DNA of 64,000 nucleotides from Antedon mediterranea (taxonomy: Eukaryota; Animalia; Echinodermata): NCBI RefSeq assembly GCF_964355755.1, contig NC_092671.1:40558304-40622303 (forward strand), written 5' to 3'. Made by a program: the position numbers and the translations under genes. The notes under the pieces were generated by a model. It had not been told where the DNA came from, ran no database searches, and was given only the letters and a program-made list of their open reading frames with translations. This document shows, one piece after another, positions 34,680 to 50,196 of this stretch. Each line of letters opens with the position of its first letter. Positions within the stretch are counted from its first letter, which is position 1.

Positions 34680-35537
34680 TTAGGTATTTGTATAGCGCCA
34701 GAATCAACTAAACCGAAGTAAAAATCCAAGGTGCTTATATTGGATGTTTTCTTCTCTTATTCTATTTTAAGGATCAAACTTCATAGTTGAAGGCTACTGC
34801 TCCACTAAGGGTACCATTGTGACATCGGCAGCCAACGACGGTGCCAATACGTCTGTCCACAACAGTGTGTGTGTATGAATTAACTAGTACACCGGGGTAA
34901 CCCCCTACTCGTCTCGAAAGATGTAATAGGTTCTTTAAAGTGCACATGAGCCAGATGTACACTGGTTTATAGTGCTTATCCGAGAAGACTATGGTAAAAA
35001 GATGCGTTTTAAGTTCTTTTTTAAAAATAGCAATAGAAGTTGATTTAGTAAAATGACGAGGGAGAGAATTCTAATGAGAAGCAGCAGTGAACATGAAAGA
35101 CCTTTGTCCATAAGGTGTTAATTGGTGTTAATTCTAGGAACAAGTAGTAGGTTTTGGTCAGCCAAACGAAGACAAGCAAGAGGGGTGTAGGAGGGAAGAA
35201 GATCAAGGAGATATTGTAGGTTGTTTAAGAAGTAGCGTTTTAAATGTTAGTAAAAGGATCTTATATTTTATACGGGAGTCAATAGGTAGCCCATGGCGGA
35301 TAATAGGAGATATGTGTGAGGATCTTCTAGTAAGAGTTAGAATACGTGGACAGCAGCAGTGTTCTGGAGACGTTGAAGTCGATTCAATAAAGATTTCGGT
35401 AGGGCAAAAAAAAGAGAGTTGCAATAATCAAGGCGAGTGACAGAGGCATTTATTAATGTAGAGGCAGTACGCTTTGAAGCAAGCATTGTTACGTAAATGA
35501 AAGTTAGTAGTTTTTGTATAAACATGACTTATGTTTT

Positions 35538-36713
35538 GTTGTGAGGTAAATTCCCGATTGATCGTAATCAAAACGGTACTGGGTATGGTCTACTAGATTT
35601 TCTGCTCCCAACCAGTACATCCATTCATAGAAGCCTTAATGAAGTAAGCCTACCTGGTGGTGGCCATAGAACGGTCCCGAGATAACGACTATACTTCGGC
35701 TTTAGTCGATAGAAGATTGAATAAATTGTTAGATAGAGATAGAGTATACGATGTTATGATTATTATGTGTAGATATGTGATTTGTTCTTTTTATTCCAAT
35801 GATGTTATGTATTTAATAAATTTGTTATATCAATTAATTAAATTATCGTAGATTGCATATTATGCGATGAATATTATTTAATAAATTTTTGATATATTAT
35901 TATTATTATATTAATAAAAAAGATATTTGTTAGTATAAATTAAAAAATATAGATATAAGGAAGAAAAGCAAAGAGATTATGGAGCGGCTGTACCAGAATA
36001 TACAACACTAAGTATTGTAAAGTTAATATTATATTAACAATTTAGGCGATCTTGTCAAAGGTCAAGCGCCTTCAGCCTGCCACGTTTCGATATTCAATAT
36101 TGAACTTGACCTGACGTGGTTCCACAATATCTTTATATGAATATGGTAGAGTGGATAGAAACATAAATTAATTTAAATTTAAAAAGTTTACCTTAATAAC
36201 TGGTTTTGAACTGAATCGGTTGATGTCTTATCGTTGTATGTATGATTTGGTTTGTTTTAAAATTATGTTCGATAAAGTGCGTATGCGTATAGAATGGAAA
36301 GCTTGCGTTACGATGTACGCGTGTAATGTTGTTTATATCGTATAATTAACAGATAAAGTATGAAAATATAGAAGGTATATGGTAGAAAACATAAAAAAGT
36401 AGTTTAGAATGTAGAAATAGGAAAAGTTTGTTAGTGCCAAAGTGTAGATTTTGAATGCGAGAAATGACTTGATGGTACAGTCCAACTAGAGTCCTATGTC
36501 GGCACCTAGGCCTATATAACGTTGTGAGGTAAATTCCCGATTGATCGTAATCAAAACGGTACTGGGTATGGTCTACTAGATTTTCTGCTCCCAACCAGTA
36601 CATCCATTCATAGAAGCCTTAATGAAGTAAGCCTACCTGGTGGTGGCATGGCCATAGAACGGTCCCGAGATAACGACTTTACTTCGGCTTTAGTCGATAG
36701 AAGATTGAATAAA
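35538..36713. mobile_element. Terminally redundant ribozyme-bearing element, junction copy 2
   Basis: Matches 27212-28387. Confidence 0.65.
36048..36119 (-). ncRNA. Candidate permuted hammerhead, copy 2
   Basis: Identical to 27722-27793. Confidence 0.65.
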
Positions 36714-39254
36714 ATATTAAATATTAAAGTGAAGGTTTTCATCTCCTTCTGACTGGTTACTAGCTTCAATAAAAGAATTTAACTTTTCCAAACCAAGAAC
36801 TGTCTCTGTGGATGATTTTATTGTGTTTGTGCCAGTGCTGCAGCTCCTGAAAATACTACGCGATAAAGCTACGACGCTAGTAGTACGAACCTGTTACATA
36901 TATTTGTATTTGATACCTATTTTTCCTCATTTTGGTTATGTGACAATATTTGCGCATGTAAATCAAATAATAGTAACTGATCTGGTTCCATTCTTCCGTC
37001 AATTTCTTTGAAGTGCTCATGCTCGCAAACACTTTTAGTTTCCATATTTAGACCACAAGTCGAATTTGTTTTTAACAAAATTTAGCTGATCTCTACAATT
37101 GTCAATATTTATAATTATAACGATTATCTAGCCCAAGGAATATTAAAGTCGGTCAAGTACAAAGCCTTCTAATCACCAGTATTAATAGCAATATTTGAGT
37201 TTTCATTAAAACAAGATTTATGTTTATTTATAATTGCTCGTAAATTTTTATATAATAGTGAGTTTCAAACTCTAGGATTGTATTTATTTAAATTTAATTT
37301 AAAACATAGCTTGCTGTGCGCCTCTAGTGTGAACCAATAGTCGATATGTACCTTTATGGACTAATTTATTATGTTTCACTGGTTAGATAAGTATACAATT
37401 ATTTAATTTAATTATACTTCTATTAATATTATTACATTTTTGTTATAACATTAAAATTGTTTTAGTAAAGATTAAAAATTAATATAACTTAATGTGTTTG
37501 ATATCTGTTTTGACATAATAAATAATCAGTGGCTGTGATGTTAAGGTAACTTTAGCATATTCTTGGCCCTTCATAAGATATTCTCTTTGTCCCATGTTTG
37601 TATTCTTTTTGATGATATTCAAATTATTTTTGTTTTTATTTGCTGTTCTGAATTGTTTGGTGTCGTAGTACTTACCTAGAGTAATCATACAATCTTGCAG
37701 TTCATCTTCTTTATCAAAAGTTAAAAACATAAATGAATAGATAAATTATTATTTAATGTCGGTAATAATGATAATAAACTAAAAGAGTGTAGCGAGTAAA
37801 ATTGTACGATAGTTTCTGCTCTTTAAATACATCTATAAATGTGCAGTATACAACCTTAAATATTTGTCCTGTTTAGAAAACTAATGTAGAGTACTTGCAT
37901 TTATTTTTCTTGGTATAGTACTCCGTTAAAGTTTAAAACTAATAACAGAAAATAAAACATACATTGATTTTTTGTTTGCTCTGAATTGTTCAAAAAGTAT
38001 TCATTTTGGAAAATGGTTTCCAGTGAAGAATGTAAGTAACATGAAACTAAGACGTGTAAAGTATCAACAACCCAAATGCAGAGTTGAAAGATATAGAAAA
38101 AGTGCAATACCATACCTTATCTCGCTTCTAAATGAATAATCAGTATATATCACCCAGTACAGCTTTGCGATTCTTATTGATGCTTTTAGGTGTTTTTTTT
38201 TTTCTATTTTAATATTTTAAACTAAAGTTTTTGAATGTTCCTGTATTGTATTTCTTGTGTAAATTGCCTCCTTTTTATATTTTTTTATCATTGGTTTTTA
38301 TACTTTTATACAAATTTTAATATTGAACAAATGTAAATATCTTTGTAATTCAGCTAAGGCTGCGATAATGATATTGAAATAAATGAAATGAAATGAAAAA
38401 AAAAATTTCCGGCAATTTTCTGATTCTAAAATGGCCACAGTTCGATCGAAGTATTCGAGGAAAAGGAGCTGTTTTGAAAGGCTTTTTTTTTTAAGATATT
38501 TTTTTCAAAATAAATATATTGCCGAGTGTTCGATATCCTTTCCTAAACTCGGCTTGCTACAATGTTACCCATCTGTCCACATTGAATCAGTCTATTGCAT
38601 TAAGGTTGGTGAGTACCCTGCCAAAATACGCCAGAATTTTGCCAAAATACGAAAATTGAAAATACGAAAATACGAAAATTGAAAATTTCAACTGACAAAT
38701 ATTAATTGAAGAGAAGCTTAACTTCTATTTCTTATGTTCATTTAGGAGGACATCATTCAATAATATGTTGCTGATCATACCATCAATACCCAGGTATTAT
38801 CCTTTTATTTATAACTTCATCTAATTTATAAATTACTAAAATATCGATGCCATTCCATTAATGAAATTTCATTTGATGTATTGTTTTTTTCTCTTCTGAG
38901 ATTTAGCCAGAATCTTCAATATCGTTTTCGTCGAAGAGTCTTATTATGTTTTTCCTTTTTGTTTTGTCTTTTTTTCCCGTTTTAATAGATTTTTAGTATA
39001 TATTTATTTCTTAAATAAGCATGTGTTGTTTTTCATGGTTATAATTTATATTATTTAAGGTTTTTTCAATTATCCATTCTCTATCCTACTAGGTATTTTT
39101 TATCAATTGCTCTTTAAATGCATATTTGATTGATTTTTCAAATGTAGTAATATCTTTGTCAATATTTTTTGCTGATTGTCACCATGAAATTGTTATCGGG
39201 TTTTTCCAGTTATGCATGGCACTATCTATTTCTAAATAGTCATCTGTTTATATA

Positions 39255-41890
39255 TGTATCAGGGTAACAGGTATGCTTATACCCAAATACTTGAATGATT
39301 TATCTGCTGAATCTGACTTGAATCTGAGAAACCTTGTGGGACCCATTAAAGTAAAAGCTGGAATGATAAGTGACCATGCTATAAATAGTCATGAATATTT
39401 AGTGTATAATGTTTCAGTATGGGTCAGTTCATAAATGGACAAGGGATTTTGTTAATTGATTTGCATTTTTAATAGTTTCTTTTTTTGTATAACCGAATTT
39501 AAATTGATAATTACATGTGTATGACTCAAGTTACAATACAAACAGTCTGTAAACTACGAAATAACGTTATGGTAAATGTATATACCATCGGTTAAAAATT
39601 GTAATAGTACCCAACTGGGAATGGATGACACTTACTAGTGCCTAGCCCAAAGTGAAGGTTTTCATCTCCTTCCGACTGGTTACTAGGTAAGCATCTATAT
39701 TTTTATCTCTCTTAATTTTAGAATTGTTTTACTATAGTTAATATAGTTGATTGTTGATTGTTATACTAGACACTACAACGCAATAGTAGCCTATACTGTC
39801 GTTAATGATACGATCGATCGATCACTGATATGTTATCTTAAATAGTAACACTGTTTTTGTTCTATCTCCTTCCGACTGGTTACTAGCTTCAATAAAAGAA
39901 TTTAACTTTTCCAAACCAAGAACTGTCTCTGTGGATGATTTTATTGTGTTTGTGCCAGTGCTGCAGCTCCTGAAAATACTACGCGATAAAGCTACGACGC
40001 TAGTAGTCTGAACCTGTTACATTTGGTGCCGTGACCAGGATTTGCTGTTCAGCCAGGAAGGGATCACTCTCAAGAAAGACTACGATAAGTGCTGATTAGT
40101 CTTTTCTTGAGTTTTAACCAGCCATTTGGAAAGATGTGGATCTTACTCAACCTTACGTCCCTGAAGCTGCAGTACCAGAATCTGCTAATACAATATCCAT
40201 AGAACAATAAGAAACACCATCTATCAACCCTGCTTCTGCCCAGGCATCTGTGGAACCGTCAGAAACTTCTCCTTCAACTGAGCATGATATCACTCCCGTC
40301 GCAGTCGTCATGGATCATACTGATGATGATAACTCCTCAGGAGAAACACGTTCAGAACCAACCTTAAGTCTCCGACGTTCGAAACGTGTAATTAAACCGC
40401 CAGACCGATACGGCTTTATTTCTAAGTGGCTCTGGGGAACCCCTGCACTAACATTCCATGTGGGTTGTTTAGATGTTTGATTGTTTAAACTGTATTAATT
40501 TTGCTTGACACTTAACTTGTTTTTTTATATAATTATGTCTGAGAGAAGACAATTTTACTTGATTTTAATTTTAATCTCAATAGTTTAATTTGTTACCTTT
40601 ATTGTATACTGTATCTTTTGTATGATCATGTTTTTTTAACATACTTGTTTGCCATGTGTATGGCTTGTGTTATGTTGGTACATCACCTTGTGTTGGGTGG
40701 GATTGAACCTTCGAGTAGTAATCGCAGGATTTCGAGAAACTTGTGAAGTGTAAACGGGCACTTCTGTACACCGACTATTGTGGGGATGGCCATCCTTCAA
40801 TAGTTTATCCATTTGGATAAATTTTTATTGGTTGTTTCTAATAATTCTGCATAACTTCTCTCATTGGTTCAATCAGGTACAGGTATGCTGTTGTGATACA
40901 ACAGTTTGGTTTTTTTTATAAATGCCATTTAGTTAAGTTTTTTTATTTTTAGTTTTTTTATGTAATTCCCTATGATGTCATTTTCATTGTATAAATCGTG
41001 ACTAATGTACCAAGGTATTTAGGTTTAGGTTAATGCATTTGTATATCACTGAGATTTAGCAGATAAATGGGGGGGGGGGGGGTGGGGGTGAGTGTAACAG
41101 GGTAACAGGTATGCTTATACCCAAATACTTGAATGATTTATCTGCTGAATCTGACTTGAATCTGAGAAACCTTGTGGGACCCATTAAAGTAAAAGCTGGA
41201 ATGATAAGTGACCATGCTATAAATAGATGAGTCACCTCATCCAAGTGGCGGGGAAAATGGTCATGAATATTTAGTGTATAATGTTTCAGTATGGGTCAGT
41301 TCATAAATGGACAAGGGATTTTGTTAATTGATTTGCATTTTTAATAGTTTCTTTTTTTGTATAACCGAATTTAAATTGATAATTACATGTGTATGACTCA
41401 AGTTACAATACAAACGGTCTGTAAACTACGAAATAACGTTATGGTAAATGTATATACCATCGGTTAAAAATTGTAATAGTACCCAACTGGGAATGGATGA
41501 CACTTACTAGTGCCTAGCCCAAAGTGAAGGTTTTCATCTCCTTCCGACTGGTTACTAGGTAAGCATCTATATTTTTATCTCTCTTAATTTTAGAATTGTT
41601 TTACTATAGTTAATATAGTTGATTGTTGATTGTTATACTAGACACAACGCAATAGTAGCCTATACTGTCGTTAATGATACGATCGATCGATCACTGATAT
41701 GTTATCTTAAATAGTAACACTGTTTTTGTTCTATCTCCTTCCGACTGGTTACTAGCTTCAATAAAAGAATTTAACTTTTCCAAACCAAGAACTGTCTCTG
41801 TGGATGATTTTATTGTGTTTGTGCCAGTGCTGCAGCTCCTGAAAATACTACGCGATAAAGCTACGACGCTAGTAGTACGAACCTGTTACA
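39255..41890 (+). mobile_element. Non-autonomous LTR element, unit 3
   Basis: Same as unit 1, including the 5' LTR deletion. Confidence 0.9.
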
Positions 41891-42906
41891 TATATTTGTA
41901 TTTGATACCTATTTTTCCTCATTTTGGTTATGTGACAATATTTGCGCATGTAAATCAAATAATAGTAACTGATCTGGTTCCATTCTTCCGTCAATTTCTT
42001 TGAAGTGCTCATGCTCGCAAACACTTTTAGTTTCCATATTTAGACCACAAGTCGAATTTGTTTTTAACAAAATTTAGCTGATCTCTACAATTGTCAATAT
42101 TTATAATTATAACGATTATCTAGCCCAAGGAATATTAAAGTCGGTCAAGTACAAAGCCTTCTAATCACCAGTATTAATAGCAATATTTGAGTTTTCATTA
42201 AAACAAGATTTATGTTTATTTATAATTGCTCGTAAATTTTTATATAATAGTGAGTTTCAAACTCTAGGATTGTATTTATGAATTAATTTACTGTTAAAAG
42301 GAACTGCAATTGATATACTGTATTTTTTACAAATACTAAAACAATGGAAAGACACCTTACAACAACATAATTTGCTTAACTGAATAAAAATAAAAATTGT
42401 ATTGATACAATATTTATATTCATAATGATATAGTTTAATTATTTATAATGATATAGTTTAATTATTTATAATAATTATAATAATATTATTCTTCATATTA
42501 GCTACCGTATTGTATTTTATATAAAAAATGTAATATCAAATATTATAGTCATTTGAGGATATTTAAAAAATGAAACTTTTCTTGATTTATTCTCCTCAGT
42601 TCATTAATTTGTTTAATTTGTTTTCTTCTCTTTTTAAATTAATTTTTTTTAATAAAGGTGACTCAAAACAGCCGAGGCTGACATGCATGAGCCCTCAACA
42701 CAAATACGAGAAATACAATAACACAAAAATAGAAAAATATAGACGAATAAAAATATGAAAATTTCGAAACCCTCCGAAACAATGCTTATTTTTTTAGTCG
42801 AACTCTTAAAATATTAAATGACGTTGAGTTTCGGATTTCGACGGGTAATGCATTGAGCAAATACGGTGCTTTAGTTGAAAAAACTGTCCATGAAGGTTTC
42901 AAGATA

Positions 42907-42954
<48 letters not shown>

Positions 42955-43812
42955 TTAGGTATTTGTATAGCGCCAGAATCAACTAAACCGAAGTAAAAAT
43001 CCAAGGTGCTTATATTGGATGTTTTCTTCTCTTATTCTATTTTAAGGATCAAACTTCATAGTTGAAGGCTACTGCTCCACTAAGGGTACCATTGTGACAT
43101 CGGCAGCCAACGACGGTGCCAATACGTCTGTCCACAACAGTGTGTGTGTATGAATTAACTAGTACACCGGGGTAACCCCCTACTCGTCTCGAAAGATGTA
43201 ATAGGTTCTTTAAAGTGCACATGAGCCAGATGTACACTGGTTTATAGTGCTTATCCGAGAAGACTATGGTAAAAAGATGCGTTTTAAGTTCTTTTTTAAA
43301 AATAGCAATAGAAGTTGATTTAGTAAAATGACGAGGGAGAGAATTCTAATGAGAAGCAGCAGTGAACATGAAAGACCTTTGTCCATAAGGTGTTAATTGG
43401 TGTTAATTCTAGGAACAAGTAGTAGGTTTTGGTCAGCCAAACGAAGACAAGCAAGAGGGGTGTAGGAGGGAAGAAGATCAAGGAGATATTGTAGGTTGTT
43501 TAAGAAGTAGCGTTTTAAATGTTAGTAAAAGGATCTTATATTTTATACGGGAGTCAATAGGTAGCCCATGGCGGATAATAGGAGATATGTGTGAGGATCT
43601 TCTAGTAAGAGTTAGAATACGTGGACAGCAGCAGTGTTCTGGAGACGTTGAAGTCGATTCAATAAAGATTTCGGTAGGGCAAAAAAAAGAGAGTTGCAAT
43701 AATCAAGGCGAGTGACAGAGGCATTTATTAATGTAGAGGCAGTACGCTTTGAAGCAAGCATTGTTACGTAAATGAAAGTTAGTAGTTTTTGTATAAACAT
43801 GACTTATGTTTT

Positions 43813-44988
43813 GTTGTGAGGTAAATTCCCGATTGATCGTAATCAAAACGGTACTGGGTATGGTCTACTAGATTTTCTGCTCCCAACCAGTACATCCATT
43901 CATAGAAGCCTTAATGAAGTAAGCCTACCTGGTGGTGGCCATAGAACGGTCCCGAGATAACGACTATACTTCGGCTTTAGTCGATAGAAGATTGAATAAA
44001 TTGTTAGATAGAGATAGAGTATACGATGTTATGATTATTATGTGTAGATATGTGATTTGTTCTTTTTATTCCAATGATGTTATGTATTTAATAAATTTGT
44101 TATATCAATTAATTAAATTATCGTAGATTGCATATTATGCGATGAATATTATTTAATAAATTTTTGATATATTATTATTATTATATTAATAAAAAAGATA
44201 TTTGTTAGTATAAATTAAAAAATATAGATATAAGGAAGAAAAGCAAAGAGATTATGGAGCGGCTGTACCAGAATATACAACACTAAGTATTGTAAAGTTA
44301 ATATTATATTAACAATTTAGGCGATCTTGTCAAAGGTCAAGCGCCTTCAGCCTGCCACGTTTCGATATTCAATATTGAACTTGACCTGACGTGGTTCCAC
44401 AATATCTTTATATGAATATGGTAGAGTGGATAGAAACATAAATTAATTTAAATTTAAAAAGTTTACCTTAATAACTGGTTTTGAACTGAATCGGTTGATG
44501 TCTTATCGTTGTATGTATGATTTGGTTTGTTTTAAAATTATGTTCGATAAAGTGCGTATGCGTATAGAATGGAAAGCTTGCGTTACGATGTACGCGTGTA
44601 ATGTTGTTTATATCGTATAATTAACAGATAAAGTATGAAAATATAGAAGGTATATGGTAGAAAACATAAAAAAGTAGTTTAGAATGTAGAAATAGGAAAA
44701 GTTTGTTAGTGCCAAAGTGTAGATTTTGAATGCGAGAAATGACTTGATGGTACAGTCCAACTAGAGTCCTATGTCGGCACCTAGGCCTATATAACGTTGT
44801 GAGGTAAATTCCCGATTGATCGTAATCAAAACGGTACTGGGTATGGTCTACTAGATTTTCTGCTCCCAACCAGTACATCCATTCATAGAAGCCTTAATGA
44901 AGTAAGCCTACCTGGTGGTGGCATGGCCATAGAACGGTCCCGAGATAACGACTTTACTTCGGCTTTAGTCGATAGAAGATTGAATAAA
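43813..44988. mobile_element. Terminally redundant ribozyme-bearing element, junction copy 3
   Basis: Matches 27212-28387. Confidence 0.65.
44323..44394 (-). ncRNA. Candidate permuted hammerhead, copy 3
   Basis: Identical to 27722-27793. Confidence 0.65.
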
Positions 44989-47537
44989 ATATTAAATATT
45001 AAAGTGAAGGTTTTCATCTCCTTCTGACTGGTTACTAGCTTCAATAAAAGAATTTAACTTTTCCAAACCAAGAACTGTCTCTGTGGATGATTTTATTGTG
45101 TTTGTGCCAGTGCTGCAGCTCCTGAAAATACTACGCGATAAAGCTACGACGCTAGTAGTACGAACCTGTTACATATATTTGTATTTGATACCTATTTTTC
45201 CTCATTTTGGTTATGTGACAATATTTGCGCATGTAAATCAAATAATAGTAACTGATCTGGTTCCATTCTTCCGTCAATTTCTTTGAAGTGCTCATGCTCG
45301 CAAACACTTTTAGTTTCCATATTTAGACCACAAGTCGAATTTGTTTTTAACAAAATTTAGCTGATCTCTACAATTGTCAATATTTATAATTATAACGATT
45401 ATCTAGCCCAAGGAATATTAAAGTCGGTCAAGTACAAAGCCTTCTAATCACCAGTATTAATAGCAATATTTGAGTTTTCATTAAAACAAGATTTATGTTT
45501 ATTTATAATTGCTCGTAAATTTTTATATAATAGTGAGTTTCAAACTCTAGGATTGTATTTATTTAAATTTAATTTAAAACATAGCTTGCTGTGCGCCTCT
45601 AGTGTGAACCAATAGTCGATATGTACCTTTATGGACTAATTTATTATGTTTCACTGGTTAGATAAGTATACAATTATTTAATTTAATTATACTTCTATTA
45701 ATATTATTACATTTTTGTTATAACATTAAAATTGTTTTAGTAAAGATTAAAAATTAATATAACTTAATGTGTTTGATATCTGTTTTGACATAATAAATAA
45801 TCAGTGGCTGTGATGTTAAGGTAACTTTAGCATATTCTTGGCCCTTCATAAGATATTCTCTTTGTCCCATGTTTGTATTCTTTTTGATGATATTCAAATT
45901 ATTTTTGTTTTTATTTGCTGTTCTGAATTGTTTGGTGTCGTAGTACTTACCTAGAGTAATCATACAATCTTGCAGTTCATCTTCTTTATCAAAAGTTAAA
46001 AACATAAATGAATAGATAAATTATTATTTAATGTCGGTAATAATGATAATAAACTAAAAGAGTGTAGCGAGTAAAATTGTACGATAGTTTCTGCTCTTTA
46101 AATACATCTATAAATGTGCAGTATACAACCTTAAATATTTGTCCTGTTTAGAAAACTAATGTAGAGTACTTGCATTTATTTTTCTTGGTATAGTACTCCG
46201 TTAAAGTTTAAAACTAATAACAGAAAATAAAACATACATTGATTTTTTGTTTGCTCTGAATTGTTCAAAAAGTATTCATTTTGGAAAATGGTTTCCAGTG
46301 AAGAATGTAAGTAACATGAAACTAAGACGTGTAAAGTATCAACAACCCAAATGCAGAGTTGAAAGATATAGAAAAAGTGCAATACCATACCTTATCTCGC
46401 TTCTAAATGAATAATCAGTATATATCACCCAGTACAGCTTTGCGATTCTTATTGATGCTTTTAGGTGTTTTTTTTTTTCTATTTTAATATTTTAAACTAA
46501 AGTTTTTGAATGTTCCTGTATTGTATTTCTTGTGTAAATTGCCTCCTTTTTATATTTTTTTATCATTGGTTTTTATACTTTTATACAAATTTTAATATTG
46601 AACAAATGTAAATATCTTTGTAATTCAGCTAAGGCTGCGATAATGATATTGAAATAAATGAAATGAAATGAAAAAAAAAATTTCCGGCAATTTTCTGATT
46701 CTAAAATGGCCACAGTTCGATCGAAGTATTCGAGGAAAAGGAGCTGTTTTGAAAGGCTTTTTTTTTTAAGATATTTTTTTCAAAATAAATATATTGCCGA
46801 GTGTTCGATATCCTTTCCTAAACTCGGCTTGCTACAATGTTACCCATCTGTCCACATTGAATCAGTCTATTGCATTAAGGTTGGTGAGTACCCTGCCAAA
46901 ATACGCCAGAATTTTGCCAAAATACGAAAATTGAAAATACGAAAATACGAAAATTGAAAATTTCAACTGACAAATATTAATTGAAGAGAAGCTTAACTTC
47001 TATTTCTTATGTTCATTTAGGAGGACATCATTCAATAATATGTTGCTGATCATACCATCAATACCCAGGTATTATCCTTTTATTTATAACTTCATCTAAT
47101 TTATAAATTACTAAAATATCGATGCCATTCCATTAATGAAATTTCATTTGATGTATTGTTTTTTTCTCTTCTGAGATTTAGCCAGAATCTTCAATATCGT
47201 TTTCGTCGAAGAGTCTTATTATGTTTTTCCTTTTTGTTTTGTCTTTTTTTCCCGTTTTAATAGATTTTTAGTATATATTTATTTCTTAAATAAGCATGTG
47301 TTGTTTTTCATGGTTATAATTTATATTATTTATTGTTTTAAGGTTTTTTCAATTATCCATTCTCTATCCTACTAGGTATTTTTTATCAATTGCTCTTTAA
47401 ATGCATATTTGATTGATTTTTCATATGTAGTAATATCTTTGTCAATATTTTTTGCTGATTGTCACCATGAAATTGTTATCGGGTTTTTCCAGTTATGCAT
47501 GGCACTATCTATTTCTAAATAGTCATCTGTTTATATA

Positions 47538-50196
47538 TGTATCAGGGTAACAGGTATGCTTATACCCAAATACTTGAATGATTTATCTGCTGAATCTGAC
47601 TTGAATCTGAGAAACCTTGTGGGACCCATTAAAGTAAAAGCTGGAATGATAAGTGACCATGCTATAAAGAGATGAGTCACCTCATCCAAGTGGCGAGGAA
47701 AATGGTCATGAATATTTAGTGTATAATGTTTCAGTATGGGTCAGTTCATAAATGGACAAGGGATTTTGTTAATTGATTTGCATTTTTAATAGTTTCTTTT
47801 TTTGTATAACCGAATTTAAATTGATAATTACATGTGTATGACTCAAGTTACAATACAAACAGTCTGTAAACTACGAAATAACGTTATGGTAAATGTATAT
47901 ACCATCGGTTAAAAATTGTAATAGTACCCAACTGGGAATGGATGACACTTACTAGTGCCTAGCCCAAAGTGAAGGTTTTCATCTCCTTCCGACTGGTTAC
48001 TAGGTAAGCATCTATATTTTTATCTCTCTTAATTTTAGAATTGTTTTACTATAGTTAATATAGTTGATTGTTGATTGTTATACTAGACACTACAACGCAA
48101 TAGTAGCCTATACTGTCGTTAATGATACGATCGATCGATCACTGATATGTTATCTTAAATAGTAACACTGTTTTTGTTCTATCTCCTTCCGACTGGTTAC
48201 TAGCTTCAATAAAAGAATTTAACTTTTCCAAACCAAGAACTGTCTCTGTGGATGATTTTATTGTGTTTGTGCCAGTGCTGCAGCTCCTGAAAATACTACG
48301 CGATAAAGCTACGACGCTAGTAGTCTGAACCTGTTACATTTGGTGCCGTGACCAGGATTTGCTGTTCAGCCAGGAAGGGATCACTCTCAAGAAAGACTAC
48401 GATAAGTGCTGATTAGTCTTTTCTTGAGTTTTAACCAGCCATTTGGAAAGATGTGGATCTTACTCAACCTTACGTCCCTGAAGCTGCAGTACCAGAATCT
48501 GCTAATACAATATCCATAGAACAATAAGAAACACCATCTATCAACCCTGCTTCTGCCCAGGCATCTGTGGAACCGTCAGAAACTTCTCCTTCAACTGAGC
48601 ATGATATCACTCCCGTCGCAGTCGTCATGGATCATACTGATGATGATAACTCCTCAGGAGAAACACGTTCAGAACCAACCTTAAGTCTCCGACGTTCGAA
48701 ACGTGTAATTAAACCGCCAGACCGATACGGCTTTATTTCTAAGTGGCTCTGGGGAACCCCTGCACTAACATTCCATGTGGGTTGTTTAGATGTTTGATTG
48801 TTTAAACTGTATTAATTTTGCTTGACACTTGTTTTTTTATATAATTATGTCTGAGAGAAGACAATTTTACTTGATTTTAATTTTAATCTCAATAGTTTAA
48901 TTTGTTACCTTTATTGTATACTGTATCTTTTGTATGATCATGTTTTTTTAACATACTTGTTTGCCATGTGTATGGCTTGTGTTATGTTGGTACATCACCT
49001 TGTGTTGGGTGGGATTGAACCTTCGAGTAGTAATCGCAGGATTTCGAGAAACTTGTGAAGTGTAAACGGGCACTTCTGTACACCGACTATTGTGGGGATG
49101 GCCATCCTTCAATAGTTTATCAATTTGGATAAATTTTTATTGGTTGTTTCTAATAATTCTGCATAACTTCTCTCATTGGTTCAATCAGGTACAGGTATGC
49201 TGTTGTGATACAACAGTTTGGTTTTTTTTATAAATGCCATTTAGTTAAGTTTTTTTATTTTTAGTTTTTTTATGTAATTCCCTATGATGTCATTTTCATT
49301 GTATAAATCGTGACTAATGTACCAAGGTATTTAGGTTTAGGTTAATGCATTTGTATATCACTGAGATTTAGCAGATAAATGGGGGGGGGGGGGGTGAGTG
49401 TAACAGGGTAACAGGTATGCTTATACCCAAATACTTGAATGATTTATCTGCTGAATCTGACTTGAATCTGAGAAACCTTGTGGGACCCATTAAAGTAAAA
49501 GCTGGAATGATAAGTGACCATGCTATAAATAGATGAGTCACCTCATCCAAGTGGCGGGGAAAATGGTCATGAATATTTAGTGTATAATGTTTCAGTATGG
49601 GTCAGTTCATAAATGGACAAGGGATTTTGTTAATTGATTTGCATTTTTAATAGTTTCTTTTTTTGTATAACCGAATTTAAATTGATAATTACATGTGTAT
49701 GACTCAAGTTACAATACAAACGGTCTGTAAACTACGAAATAACGTTATGGTAAATGTATATACCATCGGTTAAAAATTGTAATAGTACCCAACTGGGAAT
49801 GGATGACACTTACTAGTGCCTAGCCCAAAGTGAAGGTTTTCATCTCCTTCCGACTGGTTACTAGGTAAGCATCTATATTTTTATCTCTCTTAATTTTAGA
49901 ATTGTTTTACTATAGTTAATATAGTTGATTGTTGATTGTTATACTAGACACAACGCAATAGTAGCCTATACTGTCGTTAATGATACGATCGATCGATCAC
50001 TGATATGTTATCTTAAATAGTAACACTGTTTTTGTTCTATCTCCTTCCGACTGGTTACTAGCTTCAATAAAAGAATTTAACTTTTCCAAACCAAGAACTG
50101 TCTCTGTGGATGATTTTATTGTGTTTGTGCCAGTGCTGCAGCTCCTGAAAATACTACGCGATAAAGCTACGACGCTAGTAGTACGAACCTGTTACA
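47538..50196 (+). mobile_element. Non-autonomous LTR element, unit 4
   Basis: Same as unit 2 with a few private small changes. Confidence 0.9.
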